Assembly (NCBI GenBank): GCA_963743205.1
Contig: CAVUOW010000010.1
Span: forward strand, 11,379-75,378
Source of the DNA: Candidatus Aminicenantes bacterium
GTDB lineage: Bacteria > Acidobacteriota > Aminicenantia > Aminicenantales > Saccharicenantaceae
DNA: 64,000 bases
Reading direction: 5' to 3'
Of this stretch, positions 1-10,228 are shown piece by piece. Both the position numbers and the translations under genes were made by a program. The notes under the pieces were generated by a model. The model saw only the letters and a list, made by a program, of their open reading frames with translations. It did not search any database and was not told the origin of the DNA. Numbering within the stretch: the first letter of the stretch is position 1; each line of letters starts with the position of its first letter.

Positions 1-197
1 TTGGTGCGACCTCCTTTCGCCCTCCTTAAGTGCAACCGCCGTGCCAGCCGCTCGCTTCACTTTTTCCTATTGTTTTGTATCGCTTACAGAAAAGCCGCCG
101 GCCCTTTCGTCAAGCTAAGTGGACGAATCGGCTCGAGGTGGGAAACTTGGGTTACCGGGACGGAGGCCGAGGGGACTACGACGAGGTGGCATGTCCC

Positions 198-1082
198 CTA
201 TGACCGCGGGTGGCTTTTCTTGTAAACCGTGAGCAGCTGCTTCAGGTCGACGTGGGTGTACTTCTGGGTCGTGGCCAGGCTGGCGTGTCCGAGAAGCTCC
301 TGGATGACGCGCAGGTCGGCGCCGCGGCCGAGGAGGTGCGAAGCGAAGGAATGGCGGAGCGAATGGGGGCTGATCTTGCGGGCCACGGCGGTGCGGCGGA
401 TGTACTTGTGGACCATCCGCTGGACGGACCTCGTCGTCAGCCGGCCGCCGCGGTAATTGAGAAAGAAGGCCTCGCCGCCGTCCCCGCCTCCGGCGAGCGC
501 TTCCCTCGCCCGGCGATAATCCTCCAGGGCCTCGCGGGCCTTGCCGCCGAACGGGACGATGCGCTCTTTCTTGCCCTTGCCGCGGACGCGGACGAGGCGC
601 TCGCCGAAATGGATGTCGGCCGTTTCGATGCCGACGAGCTCGCTGACCCGGATGCCCGAGGCGTAAAGAAGCTCCAGGACGGCCTTGTCGCGGAGGTCGA
701 GCGGTTCCGAGGAACGGGGCAGATCGAGGAGCTGCGTCGTCTCGTCCTCCGAAAGGAAGGAGGGGACGTGCTTCTCCTGCCGGGGCCTGGACAGGATCTT
801 GGCCGGGTTCCCGGCGATCCATTTTTTGCGCAGGCAGAAATCATAGAAGGAGCGGATGGCGGCGAGCTTGCGCCCGATCGTCGTCTTCTTGCGCTTCTTT
901 TCGTGGAGCTCGGCCAGGAAGCCGCGAAGGACGACATTGCCGGCCTTGTCCCAGCGGACCTCGCGCTCCTTCAGGTAGGCCGCGACCTGCCGAAGGTCGC
1001 GCTCATAAGCGGCCAGGGTGTGGGGAGAGGCGTTCTTCTCGTGCTTGAGAAAGGCCAGGAACTCAGCGATTTCCTTGTTCAT
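198..1082 (-). CDS. xerC: Site-specific tyrosine recombinase, XerC/XerD family
   Basis: 294-aa ORF. N-terminal core-binding domain (FLAFLKHEKNASPHTLAAYERDLRQ). Catalytic domain has ASGIRVSEL, HSLRHSFASHLL and LLGHASLATTQKYTHV (Arg/His-x-x-Arg/His/Tyr signature). XerC versus XerD cannot be separated by eye. Confidence 0.88.
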   Translation of the reverse strand: MNKEIAEFLAFLKHEKNASPHTLAAYERDLRQVAAYLKEREVRWDKAGNVVLRGFLAELHEKKRKKTTIGRKLAAIRSFYDFCLRKKWIAGNPAKILSRPRQEKHVPSFLSEDETTQLLDLPRSSEPLDLRDKAVLELLYASGIRVSELVGIETADIHFGERLVRVRGKGKKERIVPFGGKAREALEDYRRAREALAGGGDGGEAFFLNYRGGRLTTRSVQRMVHKYIRRTAVARKISPHSLRHSFASHLLGRGADLRVIQELLGHASLATTQKYTHVDLKQLLTVYKKSHPRS

Positions 1083-3402
1083 CGGTGCCGTCGGGCTCCG
1101 CCGCCTCCGGTCCGCCTTCCGCCGACGGCGCGGGCGACCCGGACGGCTCCGGCGCGCCGGCCTTTTCGGCCTCGGCGCCCTGCTCCCAGATCTTCTCCCG
1201 GGGCGCGGCTTCCTTGAAGGCGCACTTCTCGGTCTTGCAGTAGATGTACGGCTCGCCGCGGAGGGCGTTCTTCTTATACAGGACCTTGGCCCCGCATTGC
1301 GGGCAGGTCCGGTCGAGGATCTCGTCCCAGGACGCGAAGGTGCACTTCGGATAGCGGCTGCAGCCGAAGAAGAACTTGCCCCGGCGCGTCTTGCGCTTCA
1401 GGATCTTGCCGCCGCAGCCGAGCGGGCAGTCGAGGCCCGTCTCGACGGGCTTGTCCTTCTTGATGTACTTGCACTTGGGGTAATCCGAGCAGGCGATGAA
1501 GGGGCCGAAGCGGCCGAACTTCTGCTCCAGCGGAGAGCCGCACTGCGGACATTTTTCGTCGAGGGGCTTGGATTCCTTCTTGTCCAGGCTATCGCGGAAC
1601 TTGCAGGCCGGATAGGTGGAACAGGCCTTGAACTGACCGAAGCGGCCGCTTTTGACGACCAGCGGCGCGCCGCACGTTGGGCACTTCTCGTCGAGCGGGA
1701 TGCCCGTCTGCTTGACGCCCTCGATCTCGCCGGCCGCCTTGAGATAGCCCTCGAGCAGGGCATAGAACTCCTTGAGGCTGTCGGCGCCTGTCCGGGCGCC
1801 TTCGGCGATCTGGTCGAGCTCTTCCTCCATATGGGCGGTGAACTTGTATTCCAGGAGCTTGGCGAAGTTCTTGACCAGGAATTCCGTGACGTACATGCCC
1901 AGCTCGGTGGGCCTGAACTTGCCCTCCTCTTTGACGACGTAGGTCCGGGTCTGGATGGTGGCGATCGTCGGCGCGTAGGTGCTCGGCCGGCCGATGCCGC
2001 GGGCCTCGAGCTCCTTGACCAGCGTCCCCTCCGTGTAGCGGGGCGGCGGCTCGGTGAATTTCTGCTTGGTTTCAAGCTCCAGGAGCTTGAGCGTTTCGCC
2101 GGCCTCGGCCTTGGGCAGAACCTCTTTATCGCTGCTGCCGTTCGGCCAGACGGCCAGGAAGCCGTCGAACTTGACGACCTCGCCCTTGGCCTGAAAGAGG
2201 TAGCGGCCGACCGTGATATCGAAGGCCGTCTCCTCGATCTTGGCCGCGGCCATCTGCGAGGCGATGAACTTCCTCCAGATGAGCTTGTAGACGTCGTATT
2301 CCTCTTTCTTGAGAAAGGGCTTGACCTTCTCCGGCGTGAGCTCGATGTGCGCGGGCCGGATGGCCTCGTGGGCGTCCTGGGTCTTCTTCTTGCTCCTGTA
2401 TTCGTTCGGCTTGGCCGGGACGTGGGCGACCGAGTAGGCCTGACCGATGTAGGCCCGGGCCGCGGCTTGGGCCCCCTCGGAGATCCGGAAGGAGTCCGTG
2501 CGCATGTAGGTGATGAGCCCGGTCTGGCCGGCCTCGCCGATGGCCATGCCTTCGTAGAGCTTTTGGGCGACGAACATGGTCTTCTTCACCGGGAAGCGCA
2601 GGAGCCGGAAACCGTCCTGCTGGAGGGTGCTCGTGATGTAGGGCGGCCCGGGGTGCTTGAGCTTGGGCTTGACCTGGACCTTATCCAGGAGGAACGGCGC
2701 CCTCCCGCATTCTTCGCGGACGATCTTGGCCTCTTCTTCGTTGTGGACCTTGGCCTTTTTCCCTTCGATCTTGGCCAGAACGGCCTTGAAGGCCGGAGGG
2801 TTCTTCGCCTCGAGCCGGGCCGTGAACGGCCAGTACTCCTCGGCCACGAAGGCCTTGATCTCCTTCTCCCGGTCGACGATCAGCCGCAGGGCCACGGACT
2901 GGACCCGGCCGGCCGACAGGCCTCGGGCGATCTTCTTCCACAGCAGGGGACTGATGAGATACCCGGCCAGCCGGTCGAGGATACGCCGCGTTTGCTGGGC
3001 GTCAAAGAGATTCAGGTCGATCTGGCAGAGGTTCTTAAAAGCCGCCTGCACGCCCTCTTCGGTGATCTCATTGAAGGACACCCGGAAGATGTTCCGGTTG
3101 ACGTCGGCCAGAAGCTGGCTGAGGTGCCAGGAGATGGCCTCGCCTTCCCGGTCGGGGTCGGCCGCGAGAATGACCCGCTCGCTCTCTTTGGCCGCTTTCT
3201 TGAGGTCGGCGACGGTCTTTCCCTTTTCGGGGATGACTTCGTAGGTCGGCTGGAAGCCGGCCGCGATGTCGATACCCATCTTCTTTTTGGGCAGGTCCCG
3301 GACGTGGCCCATCGAGGCCTTGACGATAAAGTCGGGGCCGAGATAGTGGTTGATCGTCTTGGCCTTGGCCGGCGATTCGACGATCACGAGTGATTTCGAC
3401 AC
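1063..3402 (-). CDS. topA: DNA topoisomerase I
   Basis: 779-aa ORF. Toprim start MSKSLVIVESPAKAKTI and active-site region GLITYMRTDS. Four C-terminal Cys4 zinc ribbons (CPTCGAPL.., CPQCGSPL.., CPLGCGGK.., CPQCGAKV..). Overlaps the xerC start by 20 nt. Confidence 0.97.
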   Translation of the reverse strand: MSKSLVIVESPAKAKTINHYLGPDFIVKASMGHVRDLPKKKMGIDIAAGFQPTYEVIPEKGKTVADLKKAAKESERVILAADPDREGEAISWHLSQLLADVNRNIFRVSFNEITEEGVQAAFKNLCQIDLNLFDAQQTRRILDRLAGYLISPLLWKKIARGLSAGRVQSVALRLIVDREKEIKAFVAEEYWPFTARLEAKNPPAFKAVLAKIEGKKAKVHNEEEAKIVREECGRAPFLLDKVQVKPKLKHPGPPYITSTLQQDGFRLLRFPVKKTMFVAQKLYEGMAIGEAGQTGLITYMRTDSFRISEGAQAAARAYIGQAYSVAHVPAKPNEYRSKKKTQDAHEAIRPAHIELTPEKVKPFLKKEEYDVYKLIWRKFIASQMAAAKIEETAFDITVGRYLFQAKGEVVKFDGFLAVWPNGSSDKEVLPKAEAGETLKLLELETKQKFTEPPPRYTEGTLVKELEARGIGRPSTYAPTIATIQTRTYVVKEEGKFRPTELGMYVTEFLVKNFAKLLEYKFTAHMEEELDQIAEGARTGADSLKEFYALLEGYLKAAGEIEGVKQTGIPLDEKCPTCGAPLVVKSGRFGQFKACSTYPACKFRDSLDKKESKPLDEKCPQCGSPLEQKFGRFGPFIACSDYPKCKYIKKDKPVETGLDCPLGCGGKILKRKTRRGKFFFGCSRYPKCTFASWDEILDRTCPQCGAKVLYKKNALRGEPYIYCKTEKCAFKEAAPREKIWEQGAEAEKAGAPEPSGSPAPSAEGGPEAAEPDGTDEQGNR

Positions 3403-4506
3403 TTACATTCTCCTCTGAAATTCTTTCCCGGGATGCTGGATGACGGCCCCCTTCAATTCGAGGCCGAGCAGGAGCGCCAGCAGGCTGGAGACCGAAAGGC
3501 CCGTCCGTTCGGCCAGCTCGTCGATGGGCAGGGCCGCGTCGACGGGCAGCTCGTCCAGCAGGCGGCACTCGTCCTGGCTCAGAGAAGCGCCGCTATTTTG
3601 CTCTTTCTCGTCCCGCCGCGCAAGGAGATTCTCCCGCCACGGCGAGGGCAGGGCCTCGGCCACATCCTCCCAGGAGGCGACGGGCCTGGCGCCGTCCCGG
3701 ATGAGGCCGTTCGGGCCTTCGCTCAGCTCCGAGGTCACGTTGCCGGGGACGGCCATGACCTCCCGGTCCTGCGAGAGGGCCAGCTTGGCCGTGATGAGCG
3801 AGCCGCTCTTCCGCGCGGCCTCGACGACGACCAGACCGACCGAGAGGCCGCTGATGATCCGGTTGCGGACCGGAAAATTCTCCGCGAGCGGCGGCGTTCC
3901 CAAGGCGTATTCCGTCACCACCGCCCCTCGCGCCGCGATGTCGCGGTGAAGGCCGCGGTTCTCCCACGGATACGGAACGTCCAAACCCGAACCGAGCACG
4001 GCCACCGTCCTTCCCTTCCTGAGAGCCCCCCGATGAGCACAGGCGTCGATGCCCGCGGCCAGGCCGCTGGCGATGACGCAGCCGCGGTCCGCCAGGTCGC
4101 CGGCGAGCTTTTCCGCCACGGCCCGCCCGTAGGGGGTGGGCCGCCTGGCGCCGACGATGGCCACCGCGGGATTTCGAAGAGTCTCCGGATCGCCCTCGCA
4201 ATAGAGGACGAACGGAGGATCGAAGATCTCTCGCAAGTATCCCGGATATGCCGGGTCGTCTAAGGTCAAGAGAGTATACGCCTTCCGGTCGATATTTTCC
4301 AATTCCCGCCTGGCCCGGTCGACGGCTCGCCCGGAAGCGATGGCCTCGACGGCGTCGGCAGGCAGGCGAAGCCCTTCGAAGTCGGCCGGGGCCGCCCGAA
4401 AGACGTCCGTGACCGCCGGGAAGCGGCCGGTGAGGCGCCGGGCGGCGGCACTCGGCCCATAAAAGAGGAGGTGCAGGGCCAGCCAGCATAGATCGCGTTC
4501 GTCCAT
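3403..4506 (-). CDS. dprA: DNA-processing protein DprA (Smf)
   Basis: 367-aa ORF with the DprA core (VAIVGARRPTPYGRAVAEKLAGDLA, GLAAGIDACAHRGAL, GSLITAKLALSQDREVMAVPG). Its stop abuts the topA ATG. dprA-topA synteny is common. Confidence 0.93.
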   Translation of the reverse strand: MDERDLCWLALHLLFYGPSAAARRLTGRFPAVTDVFRAAPADFEGLRLPADAVEAIASGRAVDRARRELENIDRKAYTLLTLDDPAYPGYLREIFDPPFVLYCEGDPETLRNPAVAIVGARRPTPYGRAVAEKLAGDLADRGCVIASGLAAGIDACAHRGALRKGRTVAVLGSGLDVPYPWENRGLHRDIAARGAVVTEYALGTPPLAENFPVRNRIISGLSVGLVVVEAARKSGSLITAKLALSQDREVMAVPGNVTSELSEGPNGLIRDGARPVASWEDVAEALPSPWRENLLARRDEKEQNSGASLSQDECRLLDELPVDAALPIDELAERTGLSVSSLLALLLGLELKGAVIQHPGKEFQRRM

Positions 4507-4572
4507 GGGGCGTTCTCCGTCTAAGAAGGACGATCGGAGCCGCCAGTTCGTCCCAGTTCGCCCGGGGATTCT

Positions 4573-5883
4573 TCAGCGGCCGAAAAGGACGGAGGAGCCG
4601 GTGTAAAAGGTTCCGGCCACGGCCCCGGTCATCAGGCAGGCCAGCGTCGCGGCAAGGAGAGCCCGGAAGCCGATCCGGGAGATGTCCTTGACCCGGGTCG
4701 GGACAAGCGCGCCCGTCCCGCCGATGAAGATGGCCAGGGAGGCGACGTGGGCGAAGCCGCAGAGGGCGTAGGAGGCGATGATGGCCGACCGCGGGTCGTG
4801 CAGGGCCCCTCCGGCCATGAGATCGGCCAGCCGGCCGTAGGAAAAGACCTCGGTCAGGATGGTCCGGTCGCCGAGGATCTTGGCGATCGGCAGGGCGTCT
4901 GACGGGGGGACCCCCATGGCCAGTGTCAGAGGGTAGAACAGATAGCCGAGGAAGGCCTCGAGGGACCATTGGACATGCCAGCCGAAGAGCCCGTTGACGA
5001 GCCCGCCGGCCCAGCCGAGTCCCAGGTTGACGAGGGCGAGGAGGCCCAGGAAGGCGATGAGCAGGGTGACGATGCCGCCGAGGAGCTTCAGCCCTTCCCC
5101 CGCCCCGTTGATGATGGCCATGATCAGGTTGTCTTCGCGCTCGTAGTGGGGCTTGACGTCCAGGCCCAGCGTCAGGGGCTTCCCGGTCTCGGGCATGATC
5201 AGCTTGGCCATGACGATGCAGGCGGGCGCCGAGATGAACGACGCCGAGACGAGGTGGCCGGCGATCGTCGGGATCTCTTTCTGGAGCATCATGACGTACA
5301 TCGCCAGCACCGTCGAGGCGATGGTCCCCATGCCGGCCGTGATGATCGTCCCCAGCTCCGAGACGGTCATGTCCTTGAGGTGGGGCCGGACGACGAGGGC
5401 CGATTCGACGCCGACGAAGATGTTGGCCGAAACGGACAGCGCCTCGGCCCCGCTGATCCTCATCGACCGGGAGAAGATCCTGGCGAATAGACGGACGAAG
5501 AACGGCATGATGCCCAGATAGTAGAGAGCCCCGAGCAGGGCGGCGAAGAAGATGATCGTCGGCAGACCCTGGAAAGCCAGGAAATAGCCGAGGGAGGTCT
5601 CGCCGGACGCGTTCACTGTCCCCGGCGGCAGGGCCAGACGCCCGAACACGAACTGGACCCCGGCCAGGGCCGTCCCGAGGACGGCGGTGACGGCGTCGTT
5701 CACCCAGAGGAAGACCATGGTCCCGGCCGGGACGACAAAGATGAAGCAGGCCACGAGGAGCTGGAGCCCGATGCCCCAGATGAGGACGCGCGCGTTGACG
5801 ACCTTGCGGTTCGAGGAGAAGAGCCAGGCCACCGCGGCCAGGACGAAGATCCCGGCGAAGCTGACAAGGTTGTAGGCGGTCAT
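4573..5883 (-). CDS. NupC/CNT-family nucleoside transporter
   Basis: 436-aa polytopic membrane ORF. Overall layout and C-terminal region (ASYALCGFAHVASLAIFIGG) resemble concentrative nucleoside transporters. Confidence 0.75.
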   Translation of the reverse strand: MTAYNLVSFAGIFVLAAVAWLFSSNRKVVNARVLIWGIGLQLLVACFIFVVPAGTMVFLWVNDAVTAVLGTALAGVQFVFGRLALPPGTVNASGETSLGYFLAFQGLPTIIFFAALLGALYYLGIMPFFVRLFARIFSRSMRISGAEALSVSANIFVGVESALVVRPHLKDMTVSELGTIITAGMGTIASTVLAMYVMMLQKEIPTIAGHLVSASFISAPACIVMAKLIMPETGKPLTLGLDVKPHYEREDNLIMAIINGAGEGLKLLGGIVTLLIAFLGLLALVNLGLGWAGGLVNGLFGWHVQWSLEAFLGYLFYPLTLAMGVPPSDALPIAKILGDRTILTEVFSYGRLADLMAGGALHDPRSAIIASYALCGFAHVASLAIFIGGTGALVPTRVKDISRIGFRALLAATLACLMTGAVAGTFYTGSSVLFGR

Positions 5884-5886
5884 CTT

Positions 5887-6114
5887 CTACTCCTCAAGCC
5901 GGAAGAGCTTGTGGGAAGAGGCGGCGCCCCGAAAGAGCGTCAGCCGCGAGGGCGGGACTCCGAGGTGGGCCGCCAACCGTTCGGTGACCTCCGCGTTGGC
6001 CCGGCCCTTGTCCGGCGCCGCCCGGACGCGCACCCGGAAGCTGTCCGGGCCGAGGTCCTCGACGCCCGGCGCCTTCGAGCGCGGCTGGGCCTTGACCGTG
6101 AGGATGCGGGCCAT
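5887..6114 (-). CDS. DUF167 (YggU-like) family protein
   Basis: 75-aa ORF (LTVKAQPRSKAPGVE...VRVRAAPDKGRANAEV...LFRGAASSHKLFRL) matches the small DUF167 pattern. Lies 3 nt upstream of the nupC-like start. Confidence 0.7.
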   Translation of the reverse strand: MARILTVKAQPRSKAPGVEDLGPDSFRVRVRAAPDKGRANAEVTERLAAHLGVPPSRLTLFRGAASSHKLFRLEE

Positions 6115-6154
6115 GTTCCCGCACCGGTCGTTCGGCCGACCGGTGCCGTCCCTC

Positions 6155-6937
6155 CTAGTTATCCTTGAGGACCGTCTTATACTTGTCGAACAGGTCCTTC
6201 AGCTCTTTCCTGGAGACGACGTAGCGGCTGACGTAGATGGAGAGCGTCGAGCGAACGGGATCGTTCGACTTGACGAGGATGTAGTCGCGCAGGACGCCGG
6301 TCTTCGCCTGGGGCGGGAAGCGGAGCTCGACCTCTCGCGATTCGCCCGTGGGCAGGAAGAACGGCGAAACGAGGGGCTTGCCGCCGGAGAAGAACTGGAC
6401 GTTCTCGTGGGCCATCTCGACCTTGAGCTCGCGCTCCCCCGCGCTCTTGATGAGCACCCGGGCCGACGGCGATTCGCCCTCGAGGACGAGGCCCATGTCG
6501 ACGTTGTAGCGGTCGACGTCGATGCGGGCCGAGGGCGGGACCTGGATGTCCGCGACGAGGCTGAGCTCGCGGCGGGTGTTTTCGCCGTCGTTCGAGATGA
6601 GATAGATGTAGCGGGACAGGCGCCCGGAATAGCCCCGGGTGTCGAAGGTCGTCTTGATCTTGCCTTCCTTGCCCGGCCCGACTTTCTTCTCGGACACGAG
6701 CGCGGCCGTGCAGCCGCAGGTCGTCTCGACCTTTTCGACCAGGAGCGGGGCCCCGCCTTCGTTCTTGAAGACGAACTCGTGGCTGACGACGTCGCCCTGC
6801 TTGACCTTGCCGAAGTCGTGGGACGTTTCCTTGAACACGGCCCGTGGCTTGGGGGCCTGGGCCCAGGCGGCGGCGGCCAGAAGGACGGCCGCGGCGGCGA
6901 TGACGGCGCCGGAACGCCAGGGGGTACGATGTCTCAT
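6155..6937 (-). CDS. Secreted DUF1573 domain protein
   Basis: Start moved to the internal ATG at 6937. This gives a signal peptide (MRHRTPWRSGAVIAAAAVLLAAAAWAQA) and avoids overlap with glmS. DUF1573 hallmark HDFGKVKQGDVVSHEFVFKNEGGAPLLVEKVETTCGCT. Confidence 0.75.
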   Translation of the reverse strand: MRHRTPWRSGAVIAAAAVLLAAAAWAQAPKPRAVFKETSHDFGKVKQGDVVSHEFVFKNEGGAPLLVEKVETTCGCTAALVSEKKVGPGKEGKIKTTFDTRGYSGRLSRYIYLISNDGENTRRELSLVADIQVPPSARIDVDRYNVDMGLVLEGESPSARVLIKSAGERELKVEMAHENVQFFSGGKPLVSPFFLPTGESREVELRFPPQAKTGVLRDYILVKSNDPVRSTLSIYVSRYVVSRKELKDLFDKYKTVLKDN

Positions 6938-6989
6938 CGGGTTCTCCTCCGCTCTCCAGAATACCTCATCAGCGCCGGCCCCGGCAAGA

Positions 6990-8819
6990 TCATTCGACGG
7001 TGACGCTCTTGGCCAGGTTGCGCGGCTGATCGACGTCGAGGCCCTTCGCGGAAGCGGCATAGTAGGCGAAGAGCTGGAGCGGCAGCACGGTCAGGAACGG
7101 GGTGAAGAGCTGGTGCGTCTCGGGAATGGGGAAGACCTCTTCGGCCGCGGCCCGGGCCCTCTCATCGCCCTCGAAGGCGACGGCCAGGATGCGGCCGTTC
7201 CGCGCTTTGACCTCGGCGATGTTGGACAGCATCTTCTCGTAGACGCGGTCGTGCGGCACGATGGCCAAAGTCGTCATGCCCTCGTCGATGAGGGCGATGG
7301 GGCCGTGCTTCATCTCTCCGCCGGCGTAGCCCTCGGCGTGGGTGTAGGAGATCTCCTTGAGCTTCAAGGCCCCTTCCAGGGCGATGGGGAAGTTGATCCA
7401 GCGGCCGAGGAAGAGGTAATGCTCGCAGTCGAGGAAGCGGCGGGCGGCCCGCTCGATCGCGGCGGCCCCGCCGAGGACCCGATCCATCTTGTGGGGCACG
7501 CGCTGGAGCTCCTGGACGAGCGTCCGGCTCGCCTCCTCGCCGAGGGCGCCGCGGGCCTGGGCGAAGGCCAGGGCGAAGAGGGCCAGGGCGGCCATCTGGC
7601 CGACGAAGGTCTTCGTCGCGGCCACGCCGATCTCCGGCCCGGCATGGAGATCGAGGACGCCGTCCGCCTCCCGGGCCATCGAGGATCTTGTATTGTTGGT
7701 GACGGCCAGGACGGCCCGGGCCTTCTCCCGGGCGAGGCGAAGGGCGGCCAGCGTGTCGGCGGTCTCGCCCGACTGGGAGATGCCGAGGACGAGCGTCTCG
7801 CGATCCATGGCGAAGTCCCGCGACCGGAGCTCGGAGGCGTACTCGACATCGACGGGGACGTGGCCCAGCGTTTCGAGGAGGTACTTGCCGACAAGGCCGG
7901 CGTGGTAGGAGGTGCCGCAGGCGATGAGGACGACGCGCGAAACCTCGCGGAAGACGTCGGGCGCGATCCCGAGGTCGTCGAGGAAGACCTGCCCCGAGTC
8001 GAGGGACACCCGGCTCTTCAGCGTGTCGCGGACGACGTCGGCCTGCTCGAAGATCTCCTTGGCCATGAAGTGCTCGAAGCCGCGCTTTTCGATCATGGCC
8101 GGCTCCCAGTCGATGGTCTCCGCGGTCTTTTCGACCGGGGCGCCGGCGAAGGTGGCGAAGCGGACCCCTGACGGCTCCAGCACGGCGATCTCGCCGTCGC
8201 CCAAATAGGCCACGCGCCGGGTATGGGCGAGGAGCGGCGTGATGTCCGACGAAAGGAAGGACTCCCCTGAGCCGAACCCGACAACGACCGGCGGGCCGTT
8301 GCGTGCGGCGACGATCTTGCCCGGGTCGCGCGACGAGATGCAGGCCACGGCGAAGGCGCCTTCAAGCTCTTTGACGGCGGCGCGGAGGGCCTCTTCGAGG
8401 GAGCCGTGGAAGTGCTTTTCGACGAGGTGGACGATGACCTCGGTGTCCGTCTCGGTCTTGAAGACGTGGCCCTCGGCGAGCAGCTTCTCCTTGAGGGACC
8501 AGTAGTTCTCGACGATGCCGTTGTGAAGGAGGGCGATCGTTCCGCTGCAGTCGGTGTGCGGATGGGCGTTGTCCTCGCTCGGGCGGCCGTGGGTCGCCCA
8601 CCGGGTATGCCCGATGCCGCAGGCGCCGGTGATCGGGTGCCGGCGGATCTCCTCGGCCAGGTCGCGGACCTTGCCCTTGACCCGCCGCCTCTCGAGCCCG
8701 TCGCCGTTGAGGACGGCGATCCCGGCCGAATCGTAGCCCCTGTATTCGAGACGCCGCAGGCCCTCGATGAGGCCGGGGACGGTGTCCCGGACGCCGGCGC
8801 AACCGATGATGCCGCACAT
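6990..8819 (-). CDS. glmS: Glutamine--fructose-6-phosphate aminotransferase
   Basis: 609-aa ORF. MCGIIG N-terminal Cys nucleophile, two SIS domains, C-terminal NLAKSVTVE. Confidence 0.98.
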   Translation of the reverse strand: MCGIIGCAGVRDTVPGLIEGLRRLEYRGYDSAGIAVLNGDGLERRRVKGKVRDLAEEIRRHPITGACGIGHTRWATHGRPSEDNAHPHTDCSGTIALLHNGIVENYWSLKEKLLAEGHVFKTETDTEVIVHLVEKHFHGSLEEALRAAVKELEGAFAVACISSRDPGKIVAARNGPPVVVGFGSGESFLSSDITPLLAHTRRVAYLGDGEIAVLEPSGVRFATFAGAPVEKTAETIDWEPAMIEKRGFEHFMAKEIFEQADVVRDTLKSRVSLDSGQVFLDDLGIAPDVFREVSRVVLIACGTSYHAGLVGKYLLETLGHVPVDVEYASELRSRDFAMDRETLVLGISQSGETADTLAALRLAREKARAVLAVTNNTRSSMAREADGVLDLHAGPEIGVAATKTFVGQMAALALFALAFAQARGALGEEASRTLVQELQRVPHKMDRVLGGAAAIERAARRFLDCEHYLFLGRWINFPIALEGALKLKEISYTHAEGYAGGEMKHGPIALIDEGMTTLAIVPHDRVYEKMLSNIAEVKARNGRILAVAFEGDERARAAAEEVFPIPETHQLFTPFLTVLPLQLFAYYAASAKGLDVDQPRNLAKSVTVE

Positions 8820-8830
8820 GGGTAACTCCT

Positions 8831-10228
8831 TTACTCGAGGTCCGCTTCCTCGTCCTCCGCCTCCCCCGGTTCGGGGGCGGGCGGCTCCGGCAGGCCGATG
8901 AGCGGCAGGTACCTGGCCCCATCGCCCTGGGGATTCAGGGATTCGAGGATGCGGACGTCCGGCCGCAGGGCCAGGTCGACGACCTCCCCGGCGTTCTCCG
9001 GGGCCAGGATCTGGACGGACGGCCGGTCGATATCGAGGTCGTTGACGGCCCGGACGACGCCGACCCGCCCGTCGCTCATCCCCACGAGCGTCCCGATCGG
9101 CCAGACGCCCATGAACTGGAAGAACTTGTCCAGGAGCTGGGGATCGAAGATCTTGCCCCTCTCGAGCATCATCAGCTCGTGGATCTTCTCGGGGGGATAA
9201 TCCTTCTTATAGGAGCGCTTGAGGGCCAGGGCGTCGTAGACGTCGCAGATCGAGACCATCATCGAGGCCGGATGGGGCCTGCGGGCGTAGGGCGACTTGG
9301 GGTAGCCGGTCATGTCGTGGCGCAGGTGGTGCTCGTAGCAGACGACGATCGGCAGGATGCCCAGGGCGTCCTTGTAGCCTTCGAGGATCCGGGCGCCGAG
9401 GAGGGGATGGTTGCGGACCTGCAGGAACTCGCCCTCGGACAGCTTGCTCTCCTTCTGAATGACCTTGAGCGAGATGTAGAGCTTGCCGACGTCGTGGTAG
9501 AGGGCGGCGATGCCCAGGTCGAGGACGTCGTCCTTGGCGAACTGCAGCTTCGAGGCGAAGAACATCGCCAGCAGGGTGACGTTGAGAAGGTGGACGAAGG
9601 TCACCAGGTCGCGCCTCTTGACCGAGACGAGGTTGAGGAGCTCCTGGTGGCGGCCGACGAAATCCTCCATGATGCCGAGGATGTTGAAGCGCAGGTCGAG
9701 GTAGTCGACCTCTTCCTTTTCCAGGACGACGTTGAGGGCGCTGGAGACCGTCCGGACGGAGCTCTCGTAGCGCGTCCGCGTCTCCAGGGCCTCGGACACG
9801 GCCTCCTCCCCCTTGACCATGGTCCGGAGCTTGCCGGCGCGGATGTTCTGGATGCCGTGGAGGGTGAAGTACTCCTGCTCGCTGATCTTCTCCTGGCGCT
9901 TGACCCGGGTCAGGAAGATGATGAACTCGCGCAGCTCCTCGAAGCGCAGGCCCTGCTGGAAGATGATCCGCTCGACGCCGTTCTTCTCGAGGAAGTCGAT
10001 GAGCAGGCCGAGCTTGCCGCGCAGGTTGAAGAAGATCTCGTCCTCCCAGGCCGCCTCGCCGCCGATGATGCCGAGCACGAGCTCCTTGCGGTCCTCGAGG
10101 ATCTCCTGGACGACGACGAAGAGCCGGTTGAGATATTCCTTGAACTTCGGATGATCGCCGGTGTAGATCTTTCCCGCCTGGATGGCGTTCATCAGGTAGA
10201 TGAAGCAGATCTTGATCTTATCCCTCAC
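8831..10228 (-). CDS. HD-GYP-type phosphohydrolase with N-terminal sensor-like domain
   Basis: 465-aa ORF with a GTG start, overlapping the upstream gene stop by 11 nt. HD motif AALYHDVGKL and HHLRHDMTGYPK. This deviates from the canonical HHExxDGxGYP at the Glu and the first Gly. Confidence 0.8.
   Translation of the reverse strand: MRDKIKICFIYLMNAIQAGKIYTGDHPKFKEYLNRLFVVVQEILEDRKELVLGIIGGEAAWEDEIFFNLRGKLGLLIDFLEKNGVERIIFQQGLRFEELREFIIFLTRVKRQEKISEQEYFTLHGIQNIRAGKLRTMVKGEEAVSEALETRTRYESSVRTVSSALNVVLEKEEVDYLDLRFNILGIMEDFVGRHQELLNLVSVKRRDLVTFVHLLNVTLLAMFFASKLQFAKDDVLDLGIAALYHDVGKLYISLKVIQKESKLSEGEFLQVRNHPLLGARILEGYKDALGILPIVVCYEHHLRHDMTGYPKSPYARRPHPASMMVSICDVYDALALKRSYKKDYPPEKIHELMMLERGKIFDPQLLDKFFQFMGVWPIGTLVGMSDGRVGVVRAVNDLDIDRPSVQILAPENAGEVVDLALRPDVRILESLNPQGDGARYLPLIGLPEPPAPEPGEAEDEEADLE

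Noticed and set aside
198-1082. Tyrosine recombinase considered as the integrase of a genomic island or prophage.
   Set aside because: It sits in the conserved dprA-topA-xerC housekeeping context, overlaps topA, and has the XerC/D-type sequence. No adjacent tRNA, att-like direct repeats or phage genes are present.
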